From Terriglobia bacterium (lineage in GTDB: Bacteria > Acidobacteriota > Terriglobia > 2-12-FULL-54-10): a DNA stretch of 64,000 nt. Below are positions 1 to 10,450 of this stretch, one piece after another. Each line of letters opens with the position of its first letter. The stretch's first letter is position 1. The position numbers and the translations under genes were made by a program. Below the pieces are notes generated by a model. That model searched no databases. It saw only the letters and a program-made list of their open reading frames with translations, and was not told where the DNA came from. Location of the stretch: contig CAXVYR010000003.1 of the NCBI GenBank assembly GCA_963666975.2, positions 992,001 to 1,056,000 on the forward strand. The letters run 5' to 3'.

Positions 1-147
1 TGACCAGCTTCTTCACTTTCCTCTTGTGGGAGCCACGGTCGCCCTCCCTTTTAGCTTTGGGGGCCTGTTTCTTGCGTGCTTCCCTTTTCAGCTTTTTGCG
101 TTCTGCGCGATCCTTGATTTTCCGTGTGTCCATAAATCGAAAGAGCC

Positions 148-1515
148 TCAGTTACCAGCTACCGTCATTTCGCTGATCTTCAACGTTGGGGAGGCAACCG
201 ACCCGCGGAACTCCAGGTCCGTGCCCACCATTGCAATTCCATTAAACATTTCGAGCAAGTTGCCGGCGACGGTAACTTCCTCCACGGGGTAGGCAAGCTC
301 TCCGTTTTCAATCCACATGCCGGATGCTCCCCGGGAAAAATCTCCAGTCACAGCGTTCACGCCAAAACCTATAAAATCAGTTACATAAAACCCATTCTTC
401 ACGGAGCGGATGATCTCTTCCGGGCTGTGCAAACCCGGCTGGAGAAAGAAATTGGTGGGGCTGATGCCAGGACTCCCAGCCATGCCCCGGGAAGCATTCC
501 CTGTAGTCTTCATTCCCAGTTTTCGCGCCGCGTAACAGTTCAGCATATAGCTCGCAAGTACGCCCCGATCCATCACCACGGTACGGCCACTGCGAACGCC
601 CTCCCCGTCAAACGGGGAAGAGCCGAAACCTCCCGGCATGGCGCCGTCATCGATGATCGTGACATGCTCGGAAGCTACTTTTTCGCCCAGTTTGCCGACC
701 AGAAATGACGCGCCCCGGTAGATGGAGTCACCGCTGATAGCTTCAAACAGATTTTGAAGCAAACTCCCGGCAGTCAGCTGATCGAGAACAATCGGAACCC
801 GGCACGTGGAAACTTTTCGGGCGCCGAGCCTCCGCAATGTCCGCTCAGCCGCCTTCCGGGCAACTTGGTCGGGAGCCTCCAGACCGGCAAAGCTGCGAGA
901 GAGGCTATACCAGTAGTCGCGCTGCATCCCTAGCGTACCCGCCTCTCCGTCCGTTTCCGGCACTGCAATGGGAACCACGGAGAGCGAGCAGGTGGAATGC
1001 CGATACTCGCCACAAAACCCCTGTGAAGTCGCCAGGATTTTCCGGCCACGATAAGAATCGAAGGTCCCGCCTTCGGAATTCCGAATGCGCGGGTCGCAGT
1101 CAAACGCAATCTGCTCCGTTTTACGGGCCAGATCGATCATGAGGGAGGTTTCAAGCCGGCTCACGTCATCGTAGTACAGGTCCAACTCACCCGGATGACT
1201 CCCCACATGCTCCGCCTCCGGGAGGCCCGCACAAGGGTCTTCCGAGGTTACACGAGCCGCAGCCAGCGCGCTGGAAATCAACCGCTCGATCCCCTTCGTA
1301 GAAAAATCGGAAGTATAAGAACTGGCCGTGCGATGCCCCAGGAAAACGCGCAGACCGACCCCTTTGGCCCCGGATTCTTTGAGCTGCTCAATTTCGTTGC
1401 AGCGCACCGTGGTAGAAAACTCATTGCCCTCGCGCACCACACAGTCAGCCGCCGTCGCGCCGCTCTTGGTGGCGGTCTTCACCACGTCCGAGGCGAGTTG
1501 TTGTAGTTCACTCAT
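148..1515 (-). CDS. pmbA: TldE/PmbA family metalloprotease modulator
   Basis: 455 aa; FDGEG motif, 'TGDFSRGASG..IENGE' C-terminus; directly follows tldD. Confidence 0.9.
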   Translation of the reverse strand: MSELQQLASDVVKTATKSGATAADCVVREGNEFSTTVRCNEIEQLKESGAKGVGLRVFLGHRTASSYTSDFSTKGIERLISSALAAARVTSEDPCAGLPEAEHVGSHPGELDLYYDDVSRLETSLMIDLARKTEQIAFDCDPRIRNSEGGTFDSYRGRKILATSQGFCGEYRHSTCSLSVVPIAVPETDGEAGTLGMQRDYWYSLSRSFAGLEAPDQVARKAAERTLRRLGARKVSTCRVPIVLDQLTAGSLLQNLFEAISGDSIYRGASFLVGKLGEKVASEHVTIIDDGAMPGGFGSSPFDGEGVRSGRTVVMDRGVLASYMLNCYAARKLGMKTTGNASRGMAGSPGISPTNFFLQPGLHSPEEIIRSVKNGFYVTDFIGFGVNAVTGDFSRGASGMWIENGELAYPVEEVTVAGNLLEMFNGIAMVGTDLEFRGSVASPTLKISEMTVAGN

Positions 1516-1527
1516 ATACTCCTATCG

Positions 1528-2958
1528 TCATCCGGTTCCGCCGACCGTCAGCCGGTCTATCTTGATGGTGGGAATGCCGACGCCTACCGGAACCGTCTGG
1601 CCATGCTTGCCGCAACTGCCGATGCCTTCGTCCAAGGCAAGGTCGTGGCCGACCATGGAAACATGCTTCAGCACTTCGGGGCCGTTTCCGATCAAGGTGG
1701 CATTGCGAACCGGGCGTGTCACTTTGCCGTCCTCAATCCAGTATGCCTCCGATGCCGAAAAGACAAACTTTCCGTTGGTGATGTCCACCTGCCCCCCGCC
1801 GAACTGCACCGCATAGAGGCCCCGCCGCACGGAGCGGATGATCTCCTCCGGTTCTGAATTCCCGGCGAGCATAAAGGTGTTGGTCATGCGGGGCATGGGA
1901 ATGTCGGCGTAGCTTTCGCGCCGCCCGTTTCCTGTCAGCGACGCGCCGGTCAGCCGCCCGCTGAGCTTGTCTTGAAGATAGCCGCGCAATACGCCTTTTT
2001 CGATCAGAACAGTTTGCGATGTGGGCGTCCCTTCATCATCCACGTTGAGCGAGCCGCGCCGCGAAGGGATGGTGCCGTCGTCCACCACCGTGCAAAGCTC
2101 GCTGGCGACCTTCTGTCCGATGAGCCCGCTGAAGGCGGAGGTCTTTTTGCGGTTAAAGTCGGCCTCCAGGCCGTGCCCTACGGCCTCATGCAGCAGAATT
2201 CCAGGCCACCCCGGCGCCAGCACGACTTCCATCTCACCGGCCGGCGCATCGACGGCGGACAACTGGACAATCGCCTGCCGGGCTGCTTCGTCCGCGAAGT
2301 GCTCCGGAGTTTTATCTTCCAGAAAAAATTTCAACTCCACGCGGCCGCCCCCGCCGCTGAATCCGCGCTGCGTCACCTTGCCCTCCTGCGCCAGGCAGAA
2401 GACGCTGAAGCGCGCCAGTGGCTGGTAATCGCTGGTGACGCCGCCGTCGGAAGCAACGGTGAGAACGTGGCGCACCTCATCGGCATAGCCGACCCGCACC
2501 TGCGTGATTCGATTGTCATGGGCGCGGGCTGCCTTGTCCGCCCGCAGAACCAAGTCCAGCTTGGCGGCGATCTCCATATCGGTCGGAGCGGTGACCACGG
2601 GATAGAGGCTGCGGGAAAGTTTCAATTCGGAAAGCCCGACGGTCGAGACACGGGCCGGGCCGTTCGAAATATGGGCAGCGACTTGGGCCGCCTTCAGAAT
2701 CTTGTCACTCGATAGGTCGTCGGTGTAAGCATAACCGGTCCGCTCGCCGGAAAGGACGCGAACGCCGCATCCGGCGGAAACTCCCTGCGTCGCCCCTTTG
2801 ACCAGGGATTCATCCAAGGAAATGGATGTGCTCTCCTGATATTCAAAGTACAGATCAGCGTATTCCCCGCCCGCAGAGAGCGCCGCCGCCAAGTACTTCT
2901 CCAAATCCGAATCCGTGATGCCGTACTTCTCTTCGAAGAATTTCCGTTCGTGTTGCAT
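1528..2958 (-). CDS. tldD: TldD metalloprotease
   Basis: HEAVGHGLEAD zinc motif, DDEG, PRMTNT, CGK.GQ.VPVG. Confidence 0.95.
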   Translation of the reverse strand: MQHERKFFEEKYGITDSDLEKYLAAALSAGGEYADLYFEYQESTSISLDESLVKGATQGVSAGCGVRVLSGERTGYAYTDDLSSDKILKAAQVAAHISNGPARVSTVGLSELKLSRSLYPVVTAPTDMEIAAKLDLVLRADKAARAHDNRITQVRVGYADEVRHVLTVASDGGVTSDYQPLARFSVFCLAQEGKVTQRGFSGGGGRVELKFFLEDKTPEHFADEAARQAIVQLSAVDAPAGEMEVVLAPGWPGILLHEAVGHGLEADFNRKKTSAFSGLIGQKVASELCTVVDDGTIPSRRGSLNVDDEGTPTSQTVLIEKGVLRGYLQDKLSGRLTGASLTGNGRRESYADIPMPRMTNTFMLAGNSEPEEIIRSVRRGLYAVQFGGGQVDITNGKFVFSASEAYWIEDGKVTRPVRNATLIGNGPEVLKHVSMVGHDLALDEGIGSCGKHGQTVPVGVGIPTIKIDRLTVGGTG

Positions 2959-3033
2959 GATCCCGCCCCATCAATAAATAGTCAAAACACTATAGCATCC
3001 GACCGCCAGGGCGTCAAAATAGGCGCCGACGGC

Positions 3034-3480
3034 CTACCGCAGCAGCCGGAGCAGTTTTTCCCGGACCTGGAGGGCGTGTTTGGAGTCGGGGGCGACGGCA
3101 AAAACCGTGTCATCGCCGGCGATGGTGCCCATGATCTCCGGCCAGTCTCCATTGTCCAGCGCGACGGCCACAGGCTGCGCGCTGCCAGGGTCAGTCCGTA
3201 TGATGACAATGTTTTGCGCGGTGTTCACATCCCGCACAAACTCCTCGATCGCACGTTTCAAAGTGCCCGACTGTCCCTCCGCCGCCGAGGCGGCCTGCTG
3301 CGCTTCCCGATACCCTTGCGGAGCCTTAACCAATCCAAGCTCCCGGATGTCGCGCGAAAGCGTCACCTGCGCCACATCAATCCCCAGTTTCCTGAGGGCG
3401 AGCGAAAGTTCTTCCTGCGTATGGATGTGCTGTCTGCGGATCAGGTTAAGAATCTGTCCCTGGCGAAAGTTTTTTTTCAT
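3034..3480 (-). CDS. argR: Arginine repressor
   Basis: TQEEL, Q.TLSRDI, GTIAGDDT motifs. Confidence 0.95.
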   Translation of the reverse strand: MKKNFRQGQILNLIRRQHIHTQEELSLALRKLGIDVAQVTLSRDIRELGLVKAPQGYREAQQAASAAEGQSGTLKRAIEEFVRDVNTAQNIVIIRTDPGSAQPVAVALDNGDWPEIMGTIAGDDTVFAVAPDSKHALQVREKLLRLLR

Positions 3481-3513
3481 GACGCCTAGTGCGCGGCGGC
3501 GGAAAAAGCGTTA

Positions 3514-3678
3514 GCCACAGAGTCACCGAGACACAGAGACATAACGCCTTGAAATATCGACGGAACCCCTTGATGGAAACCGCTGATGGAAATCATAGCC
3601 GGGTGTGCCATATCCGTGCGAAACCATCTTAACGCAAGCCCTTCTCTGTCATCCTCCGTGTCTCTGTGCCTCAGCGGC
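3514..3678. repeat. Imperfect inverted-repeat element (REP/MITE-like), about 165 bp
   Basis: GCCACAGAGTCACCGAGACACAGAG (3514-3538) versus reverse complement of 3654-3678, GCCGCTGAGGCACAGAGACACGGAG. Confidence 0.55.
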
Positions 3679-3727
3679 GAAAAACCAAATTCCTGCAAGA
3701 ATTCTTGCTCAAACATGTGCGCCTACG

Positions 3728-5473
3728 CTACAGGTTCTCGTAGTTCGGGCCTCCTCCGCCTTCGGGGGGCACCCAGGTGATGATCTGGTACGGGTCCATA
3801 ATATCGCAAGTTTTGCAGTGCACGCAGTTGGATGGGTTCAGATGGATCTGTGAACGGCCGTCCTTCTCCTCTACCATTTCATAAACAGCGGCGGGACAGA
3901 AAAACCGGCAAGGGTTTCCGTACTCCACCGTGCAGCGGTCGTTGCAGATATTGGTATCGGCGATCAGCAGGTGGCAGGGCTGGTCCTCCTCGTGCTTGGT
4001 GGAGGAGTGGTAGACGTCGGTGAGTTTGTCAAAAGTCAGCTTGCCATCGGGAGAAAAACTGGGCCGCTCCGGACTGGCCGCGCTGTTGTGCGACTTCCTA
4101 TTCTGCAACTTGTCATTCTGCGACTTGCCTTTCTGTAACTGGCGAAGACGCTCATGTCCCGCACGGTTGCCGTAGCGGTCGCGGAGTCCTCGCCCGCCGG
4201 TAAACATTTGGACCCCTGCATGGAAAGCTCCCCGAAGCATCCCTCCCTCAAATCCCTGGTGATAGTTTCGTGTCTTCCACAACTCTTCTTTCACCCAACT
4301 GCTCTCGATGCGGCGAACATAATCAGAAAGACTGTCCTCTGAAAAATCGTTCCGGCGCAGCGCATTGAAAACTGTCTCCGCCGCCAGCATGCCGCTCTTG
4401 ATAGCCAAGTGAATCCCTTTCAGCCGCTGGGAGTTCAGGAACCCGGCGCTGTCGCCCACCAGCAGCGCGCCGCCGGTGACGAGCTTGGGCAAAGCGAACC
4501 AGCCGCCCTCGGGAATGGTCTTGGCGCCGTACTTGAGCATCTTGCCGCCTTCCAAAATGCGGCGAATGAGCGGATGCGTCTTGTAACGCTGGAAGGCTTC
4601 GTGCGGGTCAAACATCGGGTCCGTGTAGTCGAGCCCGGAGACCAAACCCAAAGAAACCCTTCCTTCAGGCAGAGCGTACAGCCAGCCGCCGCCATACTGC
4701 GCCGAGGTCAGCGGCCAGCCCGCCGTGTGGATGACAGTGCCCGGCTCGATGCGCCCTTCTGGAACTTCCCACAACTCCTTGATGCCGACGGCATAGGTCT
4801 GCGGATTGCTCTCCTGATCCAGCTTCATCCGCTCGATCAGTTGCTTGGCAAGCGATCCGCGCGGCCCTTCGGCCAGCACCGTCACTTTGGCCCGCAGGTC
4901 GTAGCCAGGCTCAAAGTTGCTCTTCGGCTTCCCTTCGCGATCGAGACCCTTGTCATCGGTGCGCACTCCCACTACGCGCCCCTCTTCGTAAAGCATCTCC
5001 TTGCCGGCAAACCCGGCAAAGACGCTTACCCCTGCCGTCTCGACCTTCTCTCCCAGCCACCGCCCCAGACGGTTGAGCGATACAGCGAAGTTGCCGTGAT
5101 TATGAAGAAACGGGGGAGTGATGGGGAGCTTCCATTGGCTTCGCTCCGTGAGAAAGTAAACCGAATCCTGCAGTACGGGTGTCAGCCAGGAATTTTTCTC
5201 AGCAGCGACGTCCCGGTCAAAGTCAGGCAGCAGCTCCCGCAATCCTCGCGGATCGACCACCGCGCCGGAAAGCAGATGCGAGCCGATCTCCCGGCCCTTT
5301 TCGAACAAGTAAACTTCCTCGGAGGAAAGTTTCCCGCCCTTGCGCGCGCCGGAATCGATCTCGGCGTTGTGCTGCTCAATGAGCTGAGCCAGGCGCAATG
5401 CCGTGGCCAGCCCGGCCGGACCGGCGCCCACGATTACTACATCTGCTTCGAGTTGTTCGCGTTCCACAGTCAC
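3728..5473 (-). CDS. Electron transfer flavoprotein-ubiquinone oxidoreductase
   Basis: GAGPAG FAD motif, KGIHLAIKSG, C-terminal 4Fe-4S CPA..NCVHCKTCDI; downstream of etfBA. Confidence 0.95.
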   Translation of the reverse strand: MTVEREQLEADVVIVGAGPAGLATALRLAQLIEQHNAEIDSGARKGGKLSSEEVYLFEKGREIGSHLLSGAVVDPRGLRELLPDFDRDVAAEKNSWLTPVLQDSVYFLTERSQWKLPITPPFLHNHGNFAVSLNRLGRWLGEKVETAGVSVFAGFAGKEMLYEEGRVVGVRTDDKGLDREGKPKSNFEPGYDLRAKVTVLAEGPRGSLAKQLIERMKLDQESNPQTYAVGIKELWEVPEGRIEPGTVIHTAGWPLTSAQYGGGWLYALPEGRVSLGLVSGLDYTDPMFDPHEAFQRYKTHPLIRRILEGGKMLKYGAKTIPEGGWFALPKLVTGGALLVGDSAGFLNSQRLKGIHLAIKSGMLAAETVFNALRRNDFSEDSLSDYVRRIESSWVKEELWKTRNYHQGFEGGMLRGAFHAGVQMFTGGRGLRDRYGNRAGHERLRQLQKGKSQNDKLQNRKSHNSAASPERPSFSPDGKLTFDKLTDVYHSSTKHEEDQPCHLLIADTNICNDRCTVEYGNPCRFFCPAAVYEMVEEKDGRSQIHLNPSNCVHCKTCDIMDPYQIITWVPPEGGGGPNYENL

Positions 5474-5519
5474 GGTTCCATTCTAGTAATAGAAACCAGC
5501 ACGTTTGCCATCCAGCGTT

Positions 5520-5735
5520 TCAGCGATGTTTCTGGAACTCTTCCCGGGTTATTCCCATTTGGCGCAGGATTTTGAAGAAGAGCGGCGGACCGATCTCGCG
5601 ACCGCCGTGAAGGGGAATGGTCACGGCACGACCATCCGCATGATTCCAACGTTCGTGACTGCCAACTTGCCGCGTATGGAAAAACCCGAGCTTGCGAGCC
5701 ACCTTTTGGAATTCGCGCGCTGTAGCACTAGGCAT
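5520..5735 (-). CDS. hicA: HicA family toxin (mRNA interferase)
   Basis: 71 aa, 'LGF...RQVGSH' and 'VTIPLH' HicA signature. Confidence 0.9.
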   Translation of the reverse strand: MPSATAREFQKVARKLGFFHTRQVGSHERWNHADGRAVTIPLHGGREIGPPLFFKILRQMGITREEFQKHR

Positions 5736-5940
5736 GCACGATTTCAGTGGTATCTGCTGGAAGGGGCAAGCCTTTCTCGCGGTATTCTCTTGAAATCATC
5801 TGAAAGACTTGGGACAACTCTGCAAGCGCTTTTTCCCGAGTCGGCATCAGCGCATAACAGCCCGAAATGGCCGGGACTTCTGCTACCCATGCTCCATCTT
5901 CCTGGCGATACAAAACAATCTTGTAATCCTGGAATTCCAC
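5728..5940 (-). CDS. hicB: HicB family antitoxin (short, no obvious DNA-binding domain)
   Basis: 'EDGAWVAEVPAISGC...T.EKAL' HicB pattern; overlaps hicA start; GTG start at 5940 inferred. Confidence 0.85.
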   Translation of the reverse strand: MEFQDYKIVLYRQEDGAWVAEVPAISGCYALMPTREKALAELSQVFQMISREYREKGLPLPADTTEIVHA

Positions 5941-6008
5941 TGCGCTTCCCCCTAAGTTCTCTACTCTAGCACAACCGACCAGCGCCGGCACCCCCGACTC
6001 TGGGGCTT

Positions 6009-7001
6009 TTACTGCCCTTTGGCTTTGTTAATTTCCTCGATCAAGGCAGGGACCACGTCAAACAGGTTGGCGACGATTCCGTAATCGGCCACTTCAAAGA
6101 TCGGCGCGTTCTGGTCTTTATTGACGGCGACGATGGTGCGCGCGCCTTTCATCCCCACCAGGTGCTGGATGGCTCCGGAGATTCCCAGCGCCAGGTAGAG
6201 CTTAGGGGCAACGGTCTGCCCGGAACTGCCGATCTGGCGGTCCATCGGGAGCCACCCGTTGTCGCAGATGGGCCGCGACCCGCCGACCTCCGCGCCGAGC
6301 GCGTCGGCCAGCTTCTGAATCAGCGCAAGATTCTCCTGCTCCTTGATCCCCCGGCCCGCCGCGACAATGATTTCCGCCTGAGTTAGATCGACCGTGCGCT
6401 TGGCTTCCTGGAACTTTTCCAGCGGCTGGGTGCGTACCTTGCCGGATTCGATCTTGACGGACGCAGTTTCGATAGCAGCAGGATTCTCTCCCCTGACCAG
6501 TTGGTCTGCCTGAAAACTGCCGGCTTGTACGGAGACGAAATAAGGCGGATCGCCGGTGAACGATACGTCTGCATTCATCTTGCCCTGAAAAAGCTGCCGG
6601 GTGAAAACCAGGCTGCCGTTTTCCATCCGGTACCCGATGCAGTCGCTCAGGAATGACCGCTCAATCCCGGTCGCCAGCTTTGGGGCAAAATCGCGAACTT
6701 GATATGTGTGCGGCAGCAGGACCAGGTAAGGCTTTCCGGCCGCAATGACCTCGCGGAGGGCAAGGCAATACGCATCCGGAGTGTATTCCTTCAGCAAAGG
6801 GTCTTCCAGGAGCCGGACGCATGACAGCTTGCTGGCGGCAACCTCATCGGCAATCGCGCGAACTCCCTCCCCCAGCACCAAGGCTTCCACGGGCTTGGAC
6901 AACTCTTTCCCGATCCGCTGGGCAGCCGACAGAGCCTCCCAACTCATACGGTTCAGCTTCCCTTCCTGCTGTTCCATCACTGCTAGAATGGCGTCACTCA
7001 T
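6009..7001 (-). CDS. etfA: Electron transfer flavoprotein alpha subunit
   Basis: [27 protein letters not shown] motifs. Confidence 0.95.
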   Translation of the reverse strand: MSDAILAVMEQQEGKLNRMSWEALSAAQRIGKELSKPVEALVLGEGVRAIADEVAASKLSCVRLLEDPLLKEYTPDAYCLALREVIAAGKPYLVLLPHTYQVRDFAPKLATGIERSFLSDCIGYRMENGSLVFTRQLFQGKMNADVSFTGDPPYFVSVQAGSFQADQLVRGENPAAIETASVKIESGKVRTQPLEKFQEAKRTVDLTQAEIIVAAGRGIKEQENLALIQKLADALGAEVGGSRPICDNGWLPMDRQIGSSGQTVAPKLYLALGISGAIQHLVGMKGARTIVAVNKDQNAPIFEVADYGIVANLFDVVPALIEEINKAKGQ

Positions 7002-7050
7002 ACTTCCCCTTTGGCGGAAAAAGAAACTTGCTATTCTGAAACTGGCAGTG

Positions 7051-7830
7051 TCATAGCACGCGAGCGTCCTGTTTCAATTTCTCAACCAGCTTGGCGGCGA
7101 CCTCTCTGGGCGGCCCGTCGATAAACTCGGTCTGCTTGGTCTTGACCGGCACATAAACTCGGTGGAGCTTCTGCCTGCCGGCCAGCTCTTCGGCTTTCAA
7201 ACCCAACTCGGCGGCCTTGACCCGGCGGGTTTCCTTTGACTTGGCCTGCTTGATGCCCTTCAGCGTGGCATACCGCAGCTTGTTGATGCCGGACTGGATG
7301 GTCAGTAAAGCGGGCAGCGGCATCTGGACCCACTGAAACCATCCGCCTTCCAGCTCCCGTTTTACCTTCAGCCGCCCGTCTTCGGCCTGCACTTCCATAA
7401 TGATGGTCGCATGGGGCACGCCCAGCAGCTCGGCAAGCACGACGCCGGTTTGGGCAAAGCCGAAATCATCGGATTGCAGTCCCGTACAGATCAGATCAAA
7501 CCCTTCCTGTCGCGCCGCTTCCGCCATCAGCCGCGCCGCGGGATAGCTGTCCAGCCGCGAGCCGCTATCCTCTACAAGGTGGATGGCACGGTCGGCGCCT
7601 TTGGCCAAAGCTTCCCGGATCACCTGCTGAACGCGGTCCGGCCCCACGCTGCAGACGACCACCTCGCCGCCGTGTTTCTCTTTCAACCGCAAGGCTTCTT
7701 CCAAAGCATAGGCGTCCGGCTCATTGATTTCGTAACTCAAGTCTTGTTCCCGAATCCAGGTTGAATCCTCCGTCACACGCAAGGTCGAGTCCTTGGAGGG
7801 AACCTGTTTGATGCAAACCATGATTTTCAT
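7051..7830 (-). CDS. etfB: Electron transfer flavoprotein beta subunit
   Basis: CIKQVP, INEPDAYALEEAL, GADRAI motifs. Confidence 0.95.
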   Translation of the reverse strand: MKIMVCIKQVPSKDSTLRVTEDSTWIREQDLSYEINEPDAYALEEALRLKEKHGGEVVVCSVGPDRVQQVIREALAKGADRAIHLVEDSGSRLDSYPAARLMAEAARQEGFDLICTGLQSDDFGFAQTGVVLAELLGVPHATIIMEVQAEDGRLKVKRELEGGWFQWVQMPLPALLTIQSGINKLRYATLKGIKQAKSKETRRVKAAELGLKAEELAGRQKLHRVYVPVKTKQTEFIDGPPREVAAKLVEKLKQDARVL

Positions 7831-7874
7831 GGGAGTTTTCCTAATTGATTTAGACGAGCAAAAGGCTTGTGCTT

Positions 7875-9116
7875 TTACTCCGTGTAGCGCTTAAACAGCA
7901 AGGAGGCGTTGGTCCCTCCAAATCCGAAGGAGTTGCTGAGGACGTATTCCAGTTGGCTCGGGCGGGCTTGGTTGGGAACATAATCGAGGTCGCATTCCGG
8001 GTCCGGCGTCTCGTAGTTGATGGTCGGGGGGATGATTTGATCCCGGAGGGTCAGCACGGCAAAGCCGGCCTCCAATCCTCCGGCCCCGCCGAGCAAGTGT
8101 CCTGTCATGGACTTGGTGGAGCTGACAGCCAATTGATTGGCGTGCTCCCCGAACAAGCGCCTAATCGCCATCGTTTCCAGCTTGTCGTTAAACGGCGTCG
8201 AGGTGCCGTGGGCATTGATGCACTTCACTTGCTCCGGGCTCACCTGGGCGTCGGCCAGCGTGTTGCTCATCACCCGGTAGGCGCCGTCCCCGTTTTCGGA
8301 GGGCTGAGTGATATGAAATGCATCTCCGGACATGCCGTAACCGACCACCTCGGCCAGAATGCGGGCTCCGCGCTTGCGGGCAAACTCCAGGTCCTCCAGC
8401 ACCAGAATGCCGGCGCCCTCGCCGATGATGAATCCATCCCGGGTTTTGTCGAAGGGGCGGCTGGCCCGGGCCGGCTCGTCGTTGCGGGTGGAGAGAGCAC
8501 GCATGGAGGCGAAACCGCCAACCGACAGCGGAGTAATGGCGGCCTCTGCGCCGCCGCAGATCATGACGTCCGCGTCACAACGGGAAATCAGCTTGAAGGC
8601 GTCCCCGACGGCGTGAGCGCCGGAGGAGCAGGCCGTGCAGGGAGCGGAGTTCGGACCCTTGGCGCCGTGCCGGATAGAAACGTTTCCCGCCGCCAAGTTC
8701 ACGATGGTGGCCGGAATAAAAAAAGGCGAAATCTTTCGCGGCCCTCCTGCCAGCAAGGCGCTGTGCTCGCGCTCAATCACATCGAACCCTCCGATTCCTG
8801 AGCCAATAAAAACTCCCGTGCGCTCGGCCATTGCGGGGGTAATTTCCAGGCCTGCTTGTTGCATGGCAAAATCGGAGGCTGCCAGGGCATATTGAATAAA
8901 TAGCCCCATCTTTTTTACTTCTTTCTTTCCAATAAACTGGAGCGGGTCGAACCCCTTGACTTCGCCGGCGATTTTGCAAGCAAATTGCTCCGTGTTGAAG
9001 CGGGTGATGGACGTAATTCCCGGCTGGCCTTTTATAATTGCCTGCCAGCTCTCCTCGGTTCCGATCCCTAAGGCCGAAACCAGACCCACTCCGGTAACAA
9101 CAACTCGTTTGGACAA
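7875..9116 (-). CDS. fabF: 3-oxoacyl-ACP synthase II
   Basis: TACSSG, NAHGTST, GHLLG, SNSFGFGGTN catalytic motifs. Confidence 0.97.
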   Translation of the reverse strand: MSKRVVVTGVGLVSALGIGTEESWQAIIKGQPGITSITRFNTEQFACKIAGEVKGFDPLQFIGKKEVKKMGLFIQYALAASDFAMQQAGLEITPAMAERTGVFIGSGIGGFDVIEREHSALLAGGPRKISPFFIPATIVNLAAGNVSIRHGAKGPNSAPCTACSSGAHAVGDAFKLISRCDADVMICGGAEAAITPLSVGGFASMRALSTRNDEPARASRPFDKTRDGFIIGEGAGILVLEDLEFARKRGARILAEVVGYGMSGDAFHITQPSENGDGAYRVMSNTLADAQVSPEQVKCINAHGTSTPFNDKLETMAIRRLFGEHANQLAVSSTKSMTGHLLGGAGGLEAGFAVLTLRDQIIPPTINYETPDPECDLDYVPNQARPSQLEYVLSNSFGFGGTNASLLFKRYTE

Positions 9117-9367
9117 CTTGCTTGCTCCTTCTCTCCGGAGAACTGCGACTTGCCGGACGGCTGTTACAACCGGACGGCCCCGGCGAACAACTCCACCGGC
9201 GTCTTTGCTCCTCGCTCATCGACTACGCGCGCCTGGACGGCTGCCTCGCAGGATCAACAGGCCTCTTAGTCCATTGCCCCACCGATCCTGCAATCCAGGG
9301 ATCAATCGATCTGCCGATTCGCCGATCTCCAGACGGCAGATCCTTCCCTGGTGGAGCGCAGCGCAGT

Positions 9368-9607
9368 TCAAGTCTTGGCGCGCGCCTGGATGTAATCTAT
9401 GGCCTGCTTGACCGTCAATATCTTCTCTGCAGCATCATCGGGGATATCGATTTCAAAGGCCTCTTCCAGGGCCATCACCAACTCCACCGTATCCAGCGAA
9501 TCTGCTCCCAAATCGTCGACGAATGATGCGGTGGGTGTCACCTCCGCCTCGTCAACCCCAAGTTGCTCCACAATAATCTGCTTTACTTTCTCTTCAACAG
9601 AGGCCAT
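9368..9607 (-). CDS. acpP: Acyl carrier protein
   Basis: [18 protein letters not shown]. Confidence 0.98.
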   Translation of the reverse strand: MASVEEKVKQIIVEQLGVDEAEVTPTASFVDDLGADSLDTVELVMALEEAFEIDIPDDAAEKILTVKQAIDYIQARAKT

Positions 9608-10450
9608 GCCCCCTCCCTCTCATATTGTAATTCTCAAATTCTCGACAACCGGCAGGAGCCAGCCGCACATTCCTTCCGGAGCGATTCCCATCCTTGGAAC
9701 CTAATCCATATACATTACACCGACATTATGGAACGAAGCGACAGATTCTAATCGCTCTACCCAGGCGGGTCAAGCCTGCGGACCAATTCAGGCAATCTTT
9801 AATTCGCATACATTGTTGCACCTTGCAGCAATCTCGCCAGCCAACCCCTCTACTCAGCGGCGATTTCAGTCCCGGATGCCGCCCTAAGAAAAAAGCTGTT
9901 GCAAACAGTATCCAAGCTCGTTCCATGTTATCCGGGACTGTTATCCCGCGAACCATGCGGCGGGAACCTTCGCCTCCGATATCGTGAACTCCTCCCGCCA
10001 CTCCTCCATAGTCCTCAAAAACATGTGCGGTTATTAGTTTACTACCGAACCGCATGGAAAATTCGATCATCGGCGCCAATTAGGGAAAAGCCTGCCATTT
10101 GTATCCACCGCCTGACCTCCCCCTGACGGCCCACCCTCCGGTGTTTAGTTGCGGAGGGGGCTCACCACCTAAAGGCTCTGGGCCGCAGGGGCAGTCTAAG
10201 CCGAAACAAGGCGTTACTAAACCAGCGTCTGGAAGCTAACATTGAGGCCGGGCAGTAAGCGCCGAACTGCCCATTTCGCCAGCGAGGCAGGGGCACGAAG
10301 AGGCCAAACGGAAACGCCCGCCGCCATTCGAGCAACGTTAGCAAAGTAGTAACCCGCCGATCTGATATTTTCAGACAGAAAGCCCTTCCCTTTTTTATCA
10401 TTCCCGTTACAATACAAACCGAGCGGATCTCCCAAAAAGGAATTCACCTG

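Noticed and set aside
10100-10450. c-di-GMP-I, cobalamin or lysine riboswitch
   Set aside because: Only isolated short matches (GGCGGGTTAC, CCGCAACT, GCCGAA); the rest of each consensus is missing
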